A stretch of 64,000 bases of DNA from a virus (taxonomy: Duplodnaviria; Caudoviricetes). A program made the position numbers and the translations under genes. Under the pieces are notes generated by a model. It saw nothing but the letters and a program-made list of their open reading frames with translations, was not told the origin of the DNA and did no database searches. The DNA lies in IMG/VR virus record IMGVR_UViG_3300018080_000020, positions 1,939-65,938 of that record. One strand, written 5' to 3'. This document shows positions 1 to 6,862 of this stretch, one piece after another (the stretch's first letter is position 1; every line of letters begins with the position of its first letter).

Positions 1-281
1 GTAATAGCAAGTGATAGGATAGACTCACCAGTAACAGCATCCTTTGTTGCCCAACCGAACTCATGAAGAATATAGAACTTACCTGATGTGGCAGGATTAC
101 CAAGGGCAAGACCAGTAAATGTCGTATTAAGTGTTGTAGAACAGTCAACAACTGTGGCTGTGTTAACATAAAATAGCCTGTCTTCAAGTGCTGCTCTCGC
201 AAGGTCACTTCTTACAATAGGGCTTCCGTTAGGATCTACAAGAACAGGTAGTCCTAACCCGGCATTAGTTTTTCCGTACAT
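1..281 (-). CDS. Partial CDS running off the left edge (MYGKTNAGLGLPVLVDPNGSPIVRSD...), probably virion-associated
   Basis: AAAGGAG RBS before ATG at 281; co-oriented with the upstream virion-type genes. Confidence 0.65.
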   Translation of the reverse strand, partial: MYGKTNAGLGLPVLVDPNGSPIVRSDLARAALEDRLFYVNTATVVDCSTTLNTTFTGLALGNPATSGKFYILHEFGWATKDAVTGESILSLAI

Positions 282-325
282 AATTTTCTCCTTTACTCGT
301 TATACATTGTTATTTTGTTAGTAGG

Positions 326-490
326 TTAAACTCTCTCATCCTTTACCCACATACCGTTGTGCCAAATATACTGCTCACCAGTATCTACAAAATAAATAGT
401 AGATCCCTCAGTGATCCCAGAGCTCGGTCTGGGATCTGAGGAATGAGCTTGCCAATGGTATGTCTTATGCATAATTTCTACAACAGCCAT
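326..490 (-). CDS. Small hypothetical protein (54 aa)
   Basis: AAGGAGG RBS before ATG at 490; C-terminal part of the listed 326..685 ORF (GSTIYFVDTGEQYIW). Confidence 0.6.
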   Translation of the reverse strand: MAVVEIMHKTYHWQAHSSDPRPSSGITEGSTIYFVDTGEQYIWHNGMWVKDERV

Positions 491-500
491 GGTAACCTCC

Positions 501-1025
501 TTAAATTCCTTGTGGCAAATTATCAGGATGTGGATACACAGGCCCAACAACTTGATAGACTGTTGCAAGAGCGTTAATATTAGTTGTGCCAAGAGTACAA
601 CCATTACCATCAATAAGAACGATAGCAATACACACGTAGGTGCTTGGGTCAAACATAGGAATCTTACATTCAACGTCAGCATCAAGTGCTAAGTCTCCGG
701 CAAGGTCAATACGTAGTCTGCCATCTGCGTCTGCAAATACTGCAAGGTACTGACTGTATGTGTCAGGCACTACAAAGCCTTCAGCATCACCCTCAACACT
801 AATTGTTGATGTGTCTGAAGACCAGTCAGCATCATCCTCTACTGTCAATGATGGGATAAGAACACCATCAATATAACACATAGCAGTTCCTGTTGTAGCA
901 GGATCTGCAGCAGCAAAGGCTACTGCTTGTGTAGCTATATTGTATGTGTTAGCAAATGCCATCAGCATTTCAGCAGCATTATGATTAAACAAAGAGGCAT
1001 AGTTTGAGTCGTTATAATCTCCCAT
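501..1025 (-). CDS. Putative virion decoration/structural protein, paralogue of 1038..1730
   Basis: GAGGAGG RBS; acidic and Ala/Thr-rich; shares TYNxATQ, GVxIPxLT, ADADG, PxFDPSxY and YQxxGPVxP motifs with its neighbour. Confidence 0.65.
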   Translation of the reverse strand: MGDYNDSNYASLFNHNAAEMLMAFANTYNIATQAVAFAAADPATTGTAMCYIDGVLIPSLTVEDDADWSSDTSTISVEGDAEGFVVPDTYSQYLAVFADADGRLRIDLAGDLALDADVECKIPMFDPSTYVCIAIVLIDGNGCTLGTTNINALATVYQVVGPVYPHPDNLPQGI

Positions 1026-1037
1026 AATATCCTCCTC

Positions 1038-1730
1038 TTAGTTTTTAGGCAGGTTAGCTACTGAAGGGAACACAGGCCCAATCTGTTGGTAAAACGTTCC
1101 ATCAGTTCCAAAGTCTACACCACCGTCTGTGTCACCAAATGTAACAGCAGCAGATGCAGCATCATTAGCATAGTCAATCCAGCCAACAACACAGTAGACT
1201 GATGGATCAAAGTAAGGCACATCAGGTGTAGGTGCTGTACCGATAGCAGTATCGTCAGACGCTCTCCAAACACCAAGAGTGCCATCAGCATCTGCAGTTA
1301 CCATAATAAGAATACGGTAATCGTCTGCAAGTTCTTGTCCAGCCAAGTTAGGTAGTGCTTGCCAGTTAGAGTCACCGTCAGTAGGCTTTGTGTTCTCTGT
1401 TGATGTGTGTGCTACCAAGCACTTCCAGTACTTAACGCTTGAAGATGCTGCTGTACCAGTATATACAGTAGTATCGGCTGAGTAAGCTGTACCAGCAGCC
1501 CATGCTGTCGTAATTTCGTCTGATGTAATCAGAAGCTCAGCATCAGCAGTAAGTGCCGGAATGTACACACCATTGATTACACATGACGCTGTACCAGTTG
1601 ACTGAATGTTGTAGACGTTAGTACCATCTACAGCAATAGTCTGTGTTGCCATGTTGTACGTAGTCATGAACGCAGCAAGGTGTTTCATGTGTACGTGTGA
1701 GAATTTACTTCCCCAATTGTTAGTTGCCAT
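1038..1730 (-). CDS. Putative virion structural protein with inserted carbohydrate-binding-like (CBM5/12-type) module
   Basis: AAGGAG RBS; insert AWAAGTAYSADTTVY...YWKCLVAHTS...P...NW. Confidence 0.65.
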   Translation of the reverse strand: MATNNWGSKFSHVHMKHLAAFMTTYNMATQTIAVDGTNVYNIQSTGTASCVINGVYIPALTADAELLITSDEITTAWAAGTAYSADTTVYTGTAASSSVKYWKCLVAHTSTENTKPTDGDSNWQALPNLAGQELADDYRILIMVTADADGTLGVWRASDDTAIGTAPTPDVPYFDPSVYCVVGWIDYANDAASAAVTFGDTDGGVDFGTDGTFYQQIGPVFPSVANLPKN

Positions 1731-1808
1731 AGTTATTTCTCCTTTGTTTGGACGGTTACCAGCAAGTCCGTCCTGTTATTAATCAGTTGCTGGTTGTCAG
1801 GTTAGAAG

Positions 1809-1888
1809 TGGTAGCCTTGAGGGGAATTGAACCCCTGTCCATGGATTGAAAGTCCATGCACTTTATGCCAGTTAAGTTGTACAAGGCC
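1809..1888 (-). tRNA. tRNA-Glu(TTC)
   Basis: Cloverleaf; ATGGA-CTTTCAA-TCCAT anticodon arm; CCA encoded. Confidence 0.9.
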
Positions 1889-1890
1889 AT

Positions 1891-1964
1891 TGGAAGCCGT
1901 GTTGGGAATTGAACCCAAAACAGACGGTGTTGCAGACCGTAGCCAACCCAGTTGGATCACGGCT
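1891..1964 (-). tRNA. tRNA-Cys(GCA)
   Basis: ACGGT-CTGCAAC-ACCGT; U73; CCA. Confidence 0.88.
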
Positions 1965-1988
1965 ATGTGGAGGCCCCGAAGGGCCGTA

Positions 1989-2063
1989 TGGTAGCCCCGG
2001 TAAGAATCGAACTTACTTCAAACACCTTGTAAGGATGTCATCCATCCATAGGATCTCAGGGCT
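1989..2063 (-). tRNA. tRNA-Val(TAC)
   Basis: ACATC-CTTACAA-GGTGT; GTTCGATTC T-loop; A73; CCA. Confidence 0.85.
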
Positions 2064-2065
2064 GT

Positions 2066-2139
2066 TGGTAGTCCAGAATGGATTTGAACCATTTTCTGAG
2101 CCTTATAAGGACTCTGCTCTACCATTGAGCTACTGGACG
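2066..2139 (-). tRNA. tRNA-Ile(TAT)
   Basis: GAGTC-CTTATAA-GGCTC; canonical D arm; C1-U72 mismatch; CCA. Confidence 0.88.
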
Positions 2140-2142
2140 TTA

Positions 2143-2221
2143 TGGTTGAGAGGGAAGGATTTGAACCTTCGCATACTTAGGATTTCACCCTAAAGCTACT
2201 ACCAGACTGAGCTACCTCTCA
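2143..2221 (-). tRNA. tRNA-Phe(GAA)
   Basis: TTAGG-GTGAAAT-CCTAA; acceptor TGAGAGG/CCTCTCA; CCA. Confidence 0.87.
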
Positions 2222-2227
2222 ATATTG

Positions 2228-2317
2228 TGGAGGAAGGTGAGGGATTTGAACCCCCATGGCTGTTACACCAATGCTGTTTTCAAAACAGGTAGACTGTTCC
2301 CCACTGTCAAACCTTCC
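2228..2317 (-). tRNA. tRNA-Ser(TGA)
   Basis: Loop TTTGAAA; long variable arm; acceptor GGAAGGT/ACCTTCC; CCA. Confidence 0.85.
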
Positions 2318-2663
2318 CAAGCTCTTCATGTATCTCGCAGTGACAGTTTGCACATACTAAGATACATTTTTCAGCTTCTTTTAATGCTGCTTTAAAGGAC
2401 TTATTATAAAGTAAAGTAAAAACATTCCCCTCTTTTTTTGTTGGATTTGTATGGTGGAATTGTAAAGTTGGCAAAGAATCATACCCACATTTTATACACT
2501 TACCACCAAACTGTTTTACAAGTTTATTTTTCTTATGTATCCTATTAGCCTTTCTTTTCTCTCTATAACAAGCCAAGCATCTATAAGAATTATTTCGTCC
2601 TTTCCTTTTCCGGTGAACCGTAAGACCGTGTTTAGGACACTCACGTTCCTCATAACGTGCCAT
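2307..2663 (-). CDS. HNH endonuclease (homing-type) inside the tRNA array
   Basis: GGKCIKCGY...LQFHH...KCILVCANCHCEIH motif; N-terminal CPKHG...CLAC; GGAGGG RBS before ATG at 2663. Confidence 0.85.
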   Translation of the reverse strand: MARYEERECPKHGLTVHRKRKGRNNSYRCLACYREKRKANRIHKKNKLVKQFGGKCIKCGYDSLPTLQFHHTNPTKKEGNVFTLLYNKSFKAALKEAEKCILVCANCHCEIHEELGKV

Positions 2664-2718
2664 TGATTCCCTCCTGTTAATATTCACTTGTGAGTCAATT
2701 TAAAGAAAAAAAAAAATT

Positions 2719-2805
2719 TGGCGATAGGTGCTGGATTCGAACCAGCAGAGCTTGTTAGACTCTACAGGTTAGCAACCTGCTGCATTACCATTCTGCCAAC
2801 CTACC
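2719..2805 (-). tRNA. tRNA-Ser(GCT)
   Basis: GCAGG-TTGCTAA-CCTGT; long variable arm; G73; CCA. Confidence 0.92.
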
Positions 2806-3025
2806 GTGTATATTTTTCATATAAGTCCATAATCTCGTCTGTCAATGTATACCTATCATGATACTTATTTAGGACAACGTTGAAGCACTCACACGCATAT
2901 AAAAGGAGTTCTTCAACGGTCATCGAGTTAAGTTGCTCATACTCGTCAAAGTGAGCGTCCATACATCGATCACACGAACAGTCTTCATCATGAAAACACC
3001 TGAATAGAATCTCTCTATCTATCAT
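2801..3025 (-). CDS. Hypothetical protein (74 aa)
   Basis: GGGGAG RBS; fills the gap between two tRNAs. Confidence 0.6.
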   Translation of the reverse strand: MIDREILFRCFHDEDCSCDRCMDAHFDEYEQLNSMTVEELLLYACECFNVVLNKYHDRYTLTDEIMDLYEKYTR

Positions 3026-3048
3026 ATAACTCCCCTTTATACGTTATT

Positions 3049-3122
3049 TGGTAGTTCCAAATGGGATCGAACCATTATCTAACGATTATCGGTCGTTTGC
3101 TCTACCTTTGAGCTATGGAACT
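3049..3122 (-). tRNA. tRNA-Ile(GAT)
   Basis: AACGA-CCGATAA-TCGTT (C at position 33); CCA. Confidence 0.88.
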
Positions 3123-3123
3123 A

Positions 3124-3201
3124 TGGAACCCCTGAGAGGATTCGAACCTCCATAATTTTACGGCTTAGAAGACCGTTGCCATTCCGTTTGACTACAGGGG
3201 C
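3124..3201 (-). tRNA. tRNA-Arg(TCT)
   Basis: ACGGT-CTTCTAA-GCCGT; CCA. Confidence 0.9.
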
Positions 3202-3204
3202 TTA

Positions 3205-3280
3205 TGGACTCGCAGGTGAGATTCGAACTCACATGTTGCTTGGTTCGTAGCCAAGTGCCTGTCCGTTAGACTACTGCGAG
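3205..3280 (-). tRNA. tRNA-Arg(ACG)
   Basis: CTTGG-CTACGAA-CCAAG; CCA. Confidence 0.92.
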
Positions 3281-3282
3281 TC

Positions 3283-3356
3283 TGGTAGGCCGTAAAGGAA
3301 TCGAACCTTTGTAGAATGGTTAAAAGCCACTTATTCTGCCATTGAATTAACGACCT
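3283..3356 (-). tRNA. tRNA-Lys(TTT)
   Basis: AGTGG-CTTTTAA-CCATT; CCA. Confidence 0.9.
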
Positions 3357-3361
3357 AAAGA

Positions 3362-3436
3362 TGGCTGCAACGGTAGGGGTCGAACCTACATCTTTCCGGT
3401 TAACAGCCGGACGCTTTACCATTAAGCTACACTGCA
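3362..3436 (-). tRNA. tRNA-Asn(GTT)
   Basis: TCCGG-CTGTTAA-CCGGA; G73; CCA. Confidence 0.92.
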
Positions 3437-3441
3437 GTGTT

Positions 3442-3514
3442 TGGTTGCAGGGGTTGGAGTCGAACCAACGGAGGCGAGCTTATGAGACTCACGTGAATAC
3501 CCATTCTCCCTGCC
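3442..3514 (-). tRNA. tRNA with CAT anticodon (Met/fMet-like; identity uncertain)
   Basis: TGAGT-CTCATAA-GCTCG; G1-A72 mismatch; reduced D arm; CCA. Confidence 0.8.
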
Positions 3515-3518
3515 ATAC

Positions 3519-3592
3519 TGGAAGCCCAGACTGGAATTGAACCAGTGTCACGTGATTCAAAGTCACGTAGCCATCCATTAGCTTACTGGGCA
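3519..3592 (-). tRNA. tRNA-Gln(TTG)
   Basis: CGTGA-CTTTGAA-TCACG; CCA. Confidence 0.88.
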
Positions 3593-3813
3593 TTATGTCT
3601 TCTTTTTACAAAGTCTTCAATATCCGCATGAAAAATATCCGGGTAGTCCTGTGCCCATCGAATAGCTGCCTCTCTAAGAGGCTTGCAAGGCCACCTGTAT
3701 CTATCCTTGATATTACCAGCAAACTCACGTCTGTACCCATGGTACGCAATATACATTAGTTCCCGGTCATCTAACTCATGTGCCGGGTGCATTGGATCTG
3801 CAAAGCTCATCAT
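3583..3813 (-). CDS. Hypothetical protein (76 aa)
   Basis: Start overlaps the upstream stop (TAATG coupling). Confidence 0.6.
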   Translation of the reverse strand: MMSFADPMHPAHELDDRELMYIAYHGYRREFAGNIKDRYRWPCKPLREAAIRWAQDYPDIFHADIEDFVKRRHNAQ

Positions 3814-4262
3814 TATTGAAACATCCCCAAGAGAGCCTTTTGCTGCTTAATGTGCTTACGCAGTAGCCCAATGTCAAAATCGTTGATTGACATTTCGATG
3901 CCCTGAAACTGAGTGAACGTTTCTGTTAACAGTATGAGCTCTACCGAATAGCTGTTGTTCAAGTACCCAGTAACCAGCATAATGTAGTTTGTAAGCTCAT
4001 TATACGATACAGACTCAAGCATACTCTCTACAGAATCAAGGAATGCTAAACACTCAGCCTTTGTGATAGCATCAGACTTGATTAGCTCTACGTTTATAAG
4101 CTTAAACATCAAGTTCAACTGCTCAGGACTCGTATGCATTGTGTCGCATACCTTACAGATAACACTATTATCTGCCTCAGGTGTTGCACATATCTGGCTT
4201 GTTGCACAACCGGACAACAGGAACAGAAAAGCAACACAACCAGTTAAAAGTTTCTTGAACAT
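3813..4262 (-). CDS. Putative lipoprotein
   Basis: AAGGAGG RBS before ATG at 4262; MFKKLLTGCVAFLFLLSG-C signal peptide with lipobox. Confidence 0.75.
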   Translation of the reverse strand: MFKKLLTGCVAFLFLLSGCATSQICATPEADNSVICKVCDTMHTSPEQLNLMFKLINVELIKSDAITKAECLAFLDSVESMLESVSYNELTNYIMLVTGYLNNSYSVELILLTETFTQFQGIEMSINDFDIGLLRKHIKQQKALLGMFQ

Positions 4263-4391
4263 TTTGGTATGCCTCCTTTTATATTGAGAACAACAAGTAC
4301 CATTCCAGTGTATATTTTTGTCAGGTAATTTTAGTGTCACTAAGTTATCCCTCAACCATCCTCAACACACCTTAGTTCTCAAAATATTTAT

Positions 4392-4466
4392 TGGGGTGAT
4401 CGGTCAGAGTCGAACTGACGTTAGAGGGGTCACAGTCCTCAGCGTTACCGTTACGCCACGACCACC
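4392..4466 (-). tRNA. tRNA-His(GTG)
   Basis: Loop CTGTGAC; encoded G-1:C73 pair; CCA. Confidence 0.9.
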
Positions 4467-4476
4467 ATAAGTTGTT

Positions 4477-4551
4477 TGGTGGAGGCAGGAGATTCGAACT
4501 CCATCTTCTTAGGTGCAAACCAAGTGCTCTCCCGGGTTGAGCTATACCCCC
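4477..4551 (-). tRNA. tRNA-Ala(TGC)
   Basis: Loop TTTGCAC; G3:U70; CCA. Confidence 0.9.
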
Positions 4552-4594
4552 ACATGTACCAGAAGGCTACATTTGCTTCTGGATTTTTTATTAT

Positions 4595-4669
4595 TGGCGA
4601 TCTGTACCGGACTTGAACCGATAGCTTCTGGGAGACAACCAGATATGTTACCATTGACACCAACAGACC
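4595..4669 (-). tRNA. tRNA-Asp(GTC)
   Basis: TCTGG-TTGTCTC-CCAGA; G73; CCA. Confidence 0.9.
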
Positions 4670-4670
4670 G

Positions 4671-4744
4671 TGGTCAGAGATGCTGGAATCGAACCAACCA
4701 CACCACCCTTCCAAGGGGCAGCAGACACCTTGCCGTTATCTCTG
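4671..4744 (-). tRNA. tRNA-Pro(TGG)
   Basis: Loop CTTGGAA; C1-G72 and A73; weak D arm; CCA. Confidence 0.82.
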
Positions 4745-4745
4745 A

Positions 4746-4822
4746 TGGTAGCCAAGGAGAGATTCGAACTCTCATCTAATCGGGTTTAAGCCGATCAAGT
4801 CTGCCGATTGCATCACTTGGCT
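4746..4822 (-). tRNA. tRNA-Leu(TAA), short variable loop
   Basis: ATCGG-CTTAAAC-CCGAT; CCA. Confidence 0.87.
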
Positions 4823-4825
4823 ACA

Positions 4826-4902
4826 TGGTAGCGGATCTGGGAGTCGAACCCAGAGCATCTTGATTTTGAATCAAGCACGTCTGCCAGTTGCGCCAATCCG
4901 CT
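4826..4902 (-). tRNA. tRNA-Leu(CAA), short variable loop
   Basis: CTTGA-TTCAAAA-TCAAG; CCA. Confidence 0.88.
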
Positions 4903-4908
4903 AAAGTT

Positions 4909-4986
4909 TGGTAGCCACTCAGGGATTCGAACCCTGACTGATATGGTTCTAAGCCATACGCCTCTGCCAAGTTGGGCTAAGTGGCT
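4909..4986 (-). tRNA. tRNA-Leu(TAG), short variable loop
   Basis: TATGG-CTTAGAA-CCATA; CCA. Confidence 0.9.
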
Positions 4987-5275
4987 ATATTCTTCTAAAC
5001 ATATCGATAACAGTGCTTGGATCATTGGTTGGTGTAACAGAATCACCGTTCAAGAATCTCACTAACTCATCAAGCATTACCCTGAAGGCTACAAGCTGCG
5101 ATCTTATATCTGTTGATGGAACACCGATAGCGTCCAGATCTGCAGTGTCCATTCGCTGTAAGAATTCTGACAGGTCACTTAGCCTGTTAACCATCCTGTT
5201 AAGATCCGTAGCTACACTTTGAATTACACTGTATAAAGTACTTTTACTTGGAATTTGTGCATCGTTTAACGCCAT
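4985..5275 (-). CDS. Hypothetical protein (96 aa)
   Basis: AAAGGAG RBS; helical composition. Confidence 0.7.
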   Translation of the reverse strand: MALNDAQIPSKSTLYSVIQSVATDLNRMVNRLSDLSEFLQRMDTADLDAIGVPSTDIRSQLVAFRVMLDELVRFLNGDSVTPTNDPSTVIDMFRRI

Positions 5276-5348
5276 TACTGCTCCTTTAAATTAGTTAGTC
5301 TGTACTTATCCCTACATTGTATTATACAAAACAGTATAATTTTTTGTA

Positions 5349-5432
5349 TGGTGGGTCAGGATGGAGTTGAACCATCACAGCCCGGGGGCCACAGATTTAC
5401 AGTCTGCTTATCTCGCCAATGAATGCCGACCC
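5349..5432 (-). tRNA. tRNA-Tyr(GTA)
   Basis: GCAGA-CTGTAAA-TCTGT; variable arm; CCA. Confidence 0.88.
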
Positions 5433-5438
5433 ATAAAG

Positions 5439-5676
5439 TGGCTTGTTTGGTTATAGAGGCACAAGCCAATAAGCCTCTCTGTAGCTCTCCCACGGTCAAC
5501 GCATCGTCCAGTTGCTTATTCCCGGCTCTCTACGTTTGAGATGGTCATAACCGTGTTCTTGACCGTATGCTACTAAATTATTTCAGTGGGAGGGGGTTGC
5601 TTGAAGTTGGGAATCTTAAGTTACGCTGCGCTGCAGTCCAACTCCCCTCTATCCCATTTTATTTTGACCACTGAAA
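5439..5676 (-). ncRNA. Structured non-tRNA RNA block(s) within the tRNA operon
   Basis: H-type pseudoknot 5439-5478; multi-stem 5481-5573; multi-stem 5581-5676. Confidence 0.5.
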
Positions 5677-5679
5677 GCT

Positions 5680-5749
5680 TGGCAGGAAGGTGGGGAATCG
5701 AACCCCACTACAGAGTTTTGGAGACTCCGTTGATCCCAGATCCCGACCT
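5680..5749 (-). tRNA. tRNA-Trp(CCA), atypical
   Basis: GGAGT-CTCCAAA-ACTCT; G73; minimal D arm; two acceptor mismatches; CCA. Confidence 0.78.
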
Positions 5750-5754
5750 ATATT

Positions 5755-5832
5755 TGGAGCGACCTGTGGGAATCGAACCCACGTCCTACAGCTTGGAAGG
5801 CTGGCATCTTATCCAGTTAAGACGAAGATCGC
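5755..5832 (-). tRNA. tRNA-Gly(TCC)
   Basis: Loop CTTCCAA; starts GCG; U73; CCA. Confidence 0.92.
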
Positions 5833-5990
5833 TTGTTAAAACTTCTCCTCATTAATCCATTCCAGCCAGTCAATCTCTTTCATGACAGCGTGTGCTATCT
5901 CGTCCACTAACTGCAAAGCCTCTGCCTCTGCCCCGGGAAACCTCTTGAGGACAGGCTCTTCTATGATCTGTTTTAAAGTTGATAGTCTCA

Positions 5991-6239
5991 TCATACCTTA
6001 TTCAGGCCTATACGTTTACGTTTCTGGCAAATGCGAATTAGTTTAGTTGTCATATAGTTGGACAGGTTGTACCTGTAAATTAACCAACTTCTGCTTGGGT
6101 TTTTGTTATAGTCCTTTTCGAACTGCCTAAAGATCTTAGGAACGATACACTCCTCTTCAAAGCTCTCTACCGTACCTAAGAAGGCCAAGCTCCTCTCTAA
6201 GTCAGTGTCTGTGTCATCAAGATCACTATAGCCTCGCAT
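5991..6239 (-). CDS. Hypothetical protein, first ORF of the leftward operon
   Basis: Open frame downstream of the 6323-6350 promoter; start codon uncertain. Confidence 0.55.
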   Translation of the reverse strand: MRGYSDLDDTDTDLERSLAFLGTVESFEEECIVPKIFRQFEKDYNKNPSRSWLIYRYNLSNYMTTKLIRICQKRKRIGLNKV

Positions 6240-6322
6240 TTATTTCATGGTTACCTCCTGATCATTAGTGAGTCAGTCTCATTAAAAATTTTTGGAAGAG
6301 TCTATCTCCCTCTATACCTCAT

Positions 6323-6350
6323 AATATAAGCATTAATTTCCATTTGTCAA
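6323..6350 (-). promoter_or_regulatory. Sigma70-type promoter driving the tRNA operon
   Basis: TTGACA-N16-TATATT(AT) on the minus strand; same architecture as three other sites. Confidence 0.75.
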
Positions 6351-6813
6351 GAGCCACAAAGTGGTACTTATTAAGAAAGTTCTGGATTTATTCATAAGTG
6401 ATTAAGTTTACTAAAATAAAAAATTCTCGTATATAAATATTTTTTAAAAAATATTTTACAAGATACCTATAGTAACTATATGGATACTAAAAGCTACTAT
6501 TGTTACATATAGTATTCCTATAGGTTAGTTAAGTGTACTAAAGTACCTAAAAGATATTTAAGCTAATATATACTTAAAGACGAAGCTGGTATCTTGTAGT
6601 GTCTTCTGGTTACTAATGGTTACGAATAGAACACTTAATAGATACTAATAGTATACCTAAGAATATTATGTAAACTTTTAGTACCGCCCCGGCTGCTAAG
6701 CTTACAGATAGTACTGTAGGCTGAGTGTTTAGGTTGTAAGGATAATATCTCCAGAATATCGCCCAAAATCCCAGAAAAATTTGTGTACGAGCATATATAT
6801 TATACATGGAAAC

Positions 6814-6862
6814 GGGGTGACCCTACCCCCCCCGGGGGGTATCCCCCCAAGCCCCCCCCCCC
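6814..6862. other. G/C homopolymer block, possible genome terminus or packaging signal
   Basis: ggggtgacccta-C8-G6-tat-C6-aag-C11 within an AT-rich divergent intergenic region. Confidence 0.4.

Noticed and set aside
5615-5640. tmRNA-like tag ending Ala-Ala-stop on the minus strand
   Set aside because: No tmRNA acceptor/T-arm ends or convincing resume motif nearby; likely chance
1809-5832. Suppressor tRNA or stop-codon recoding
   Set aside because: The TAA, TAG and TGA anticodons decode Leu and Ser; no CTA, TTA or TCA anticodon is present, and long genes are intact in the standard code
1909-5855. Track ORFs overlapping tRNA genes or the structured RNA block (1909..2193, 3192..3422, 4451..4714, 4513..4779, 4813..5046, 5586..5855)
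   Set aside because: Shadow frames across structured RNA genes with no convincing RBS
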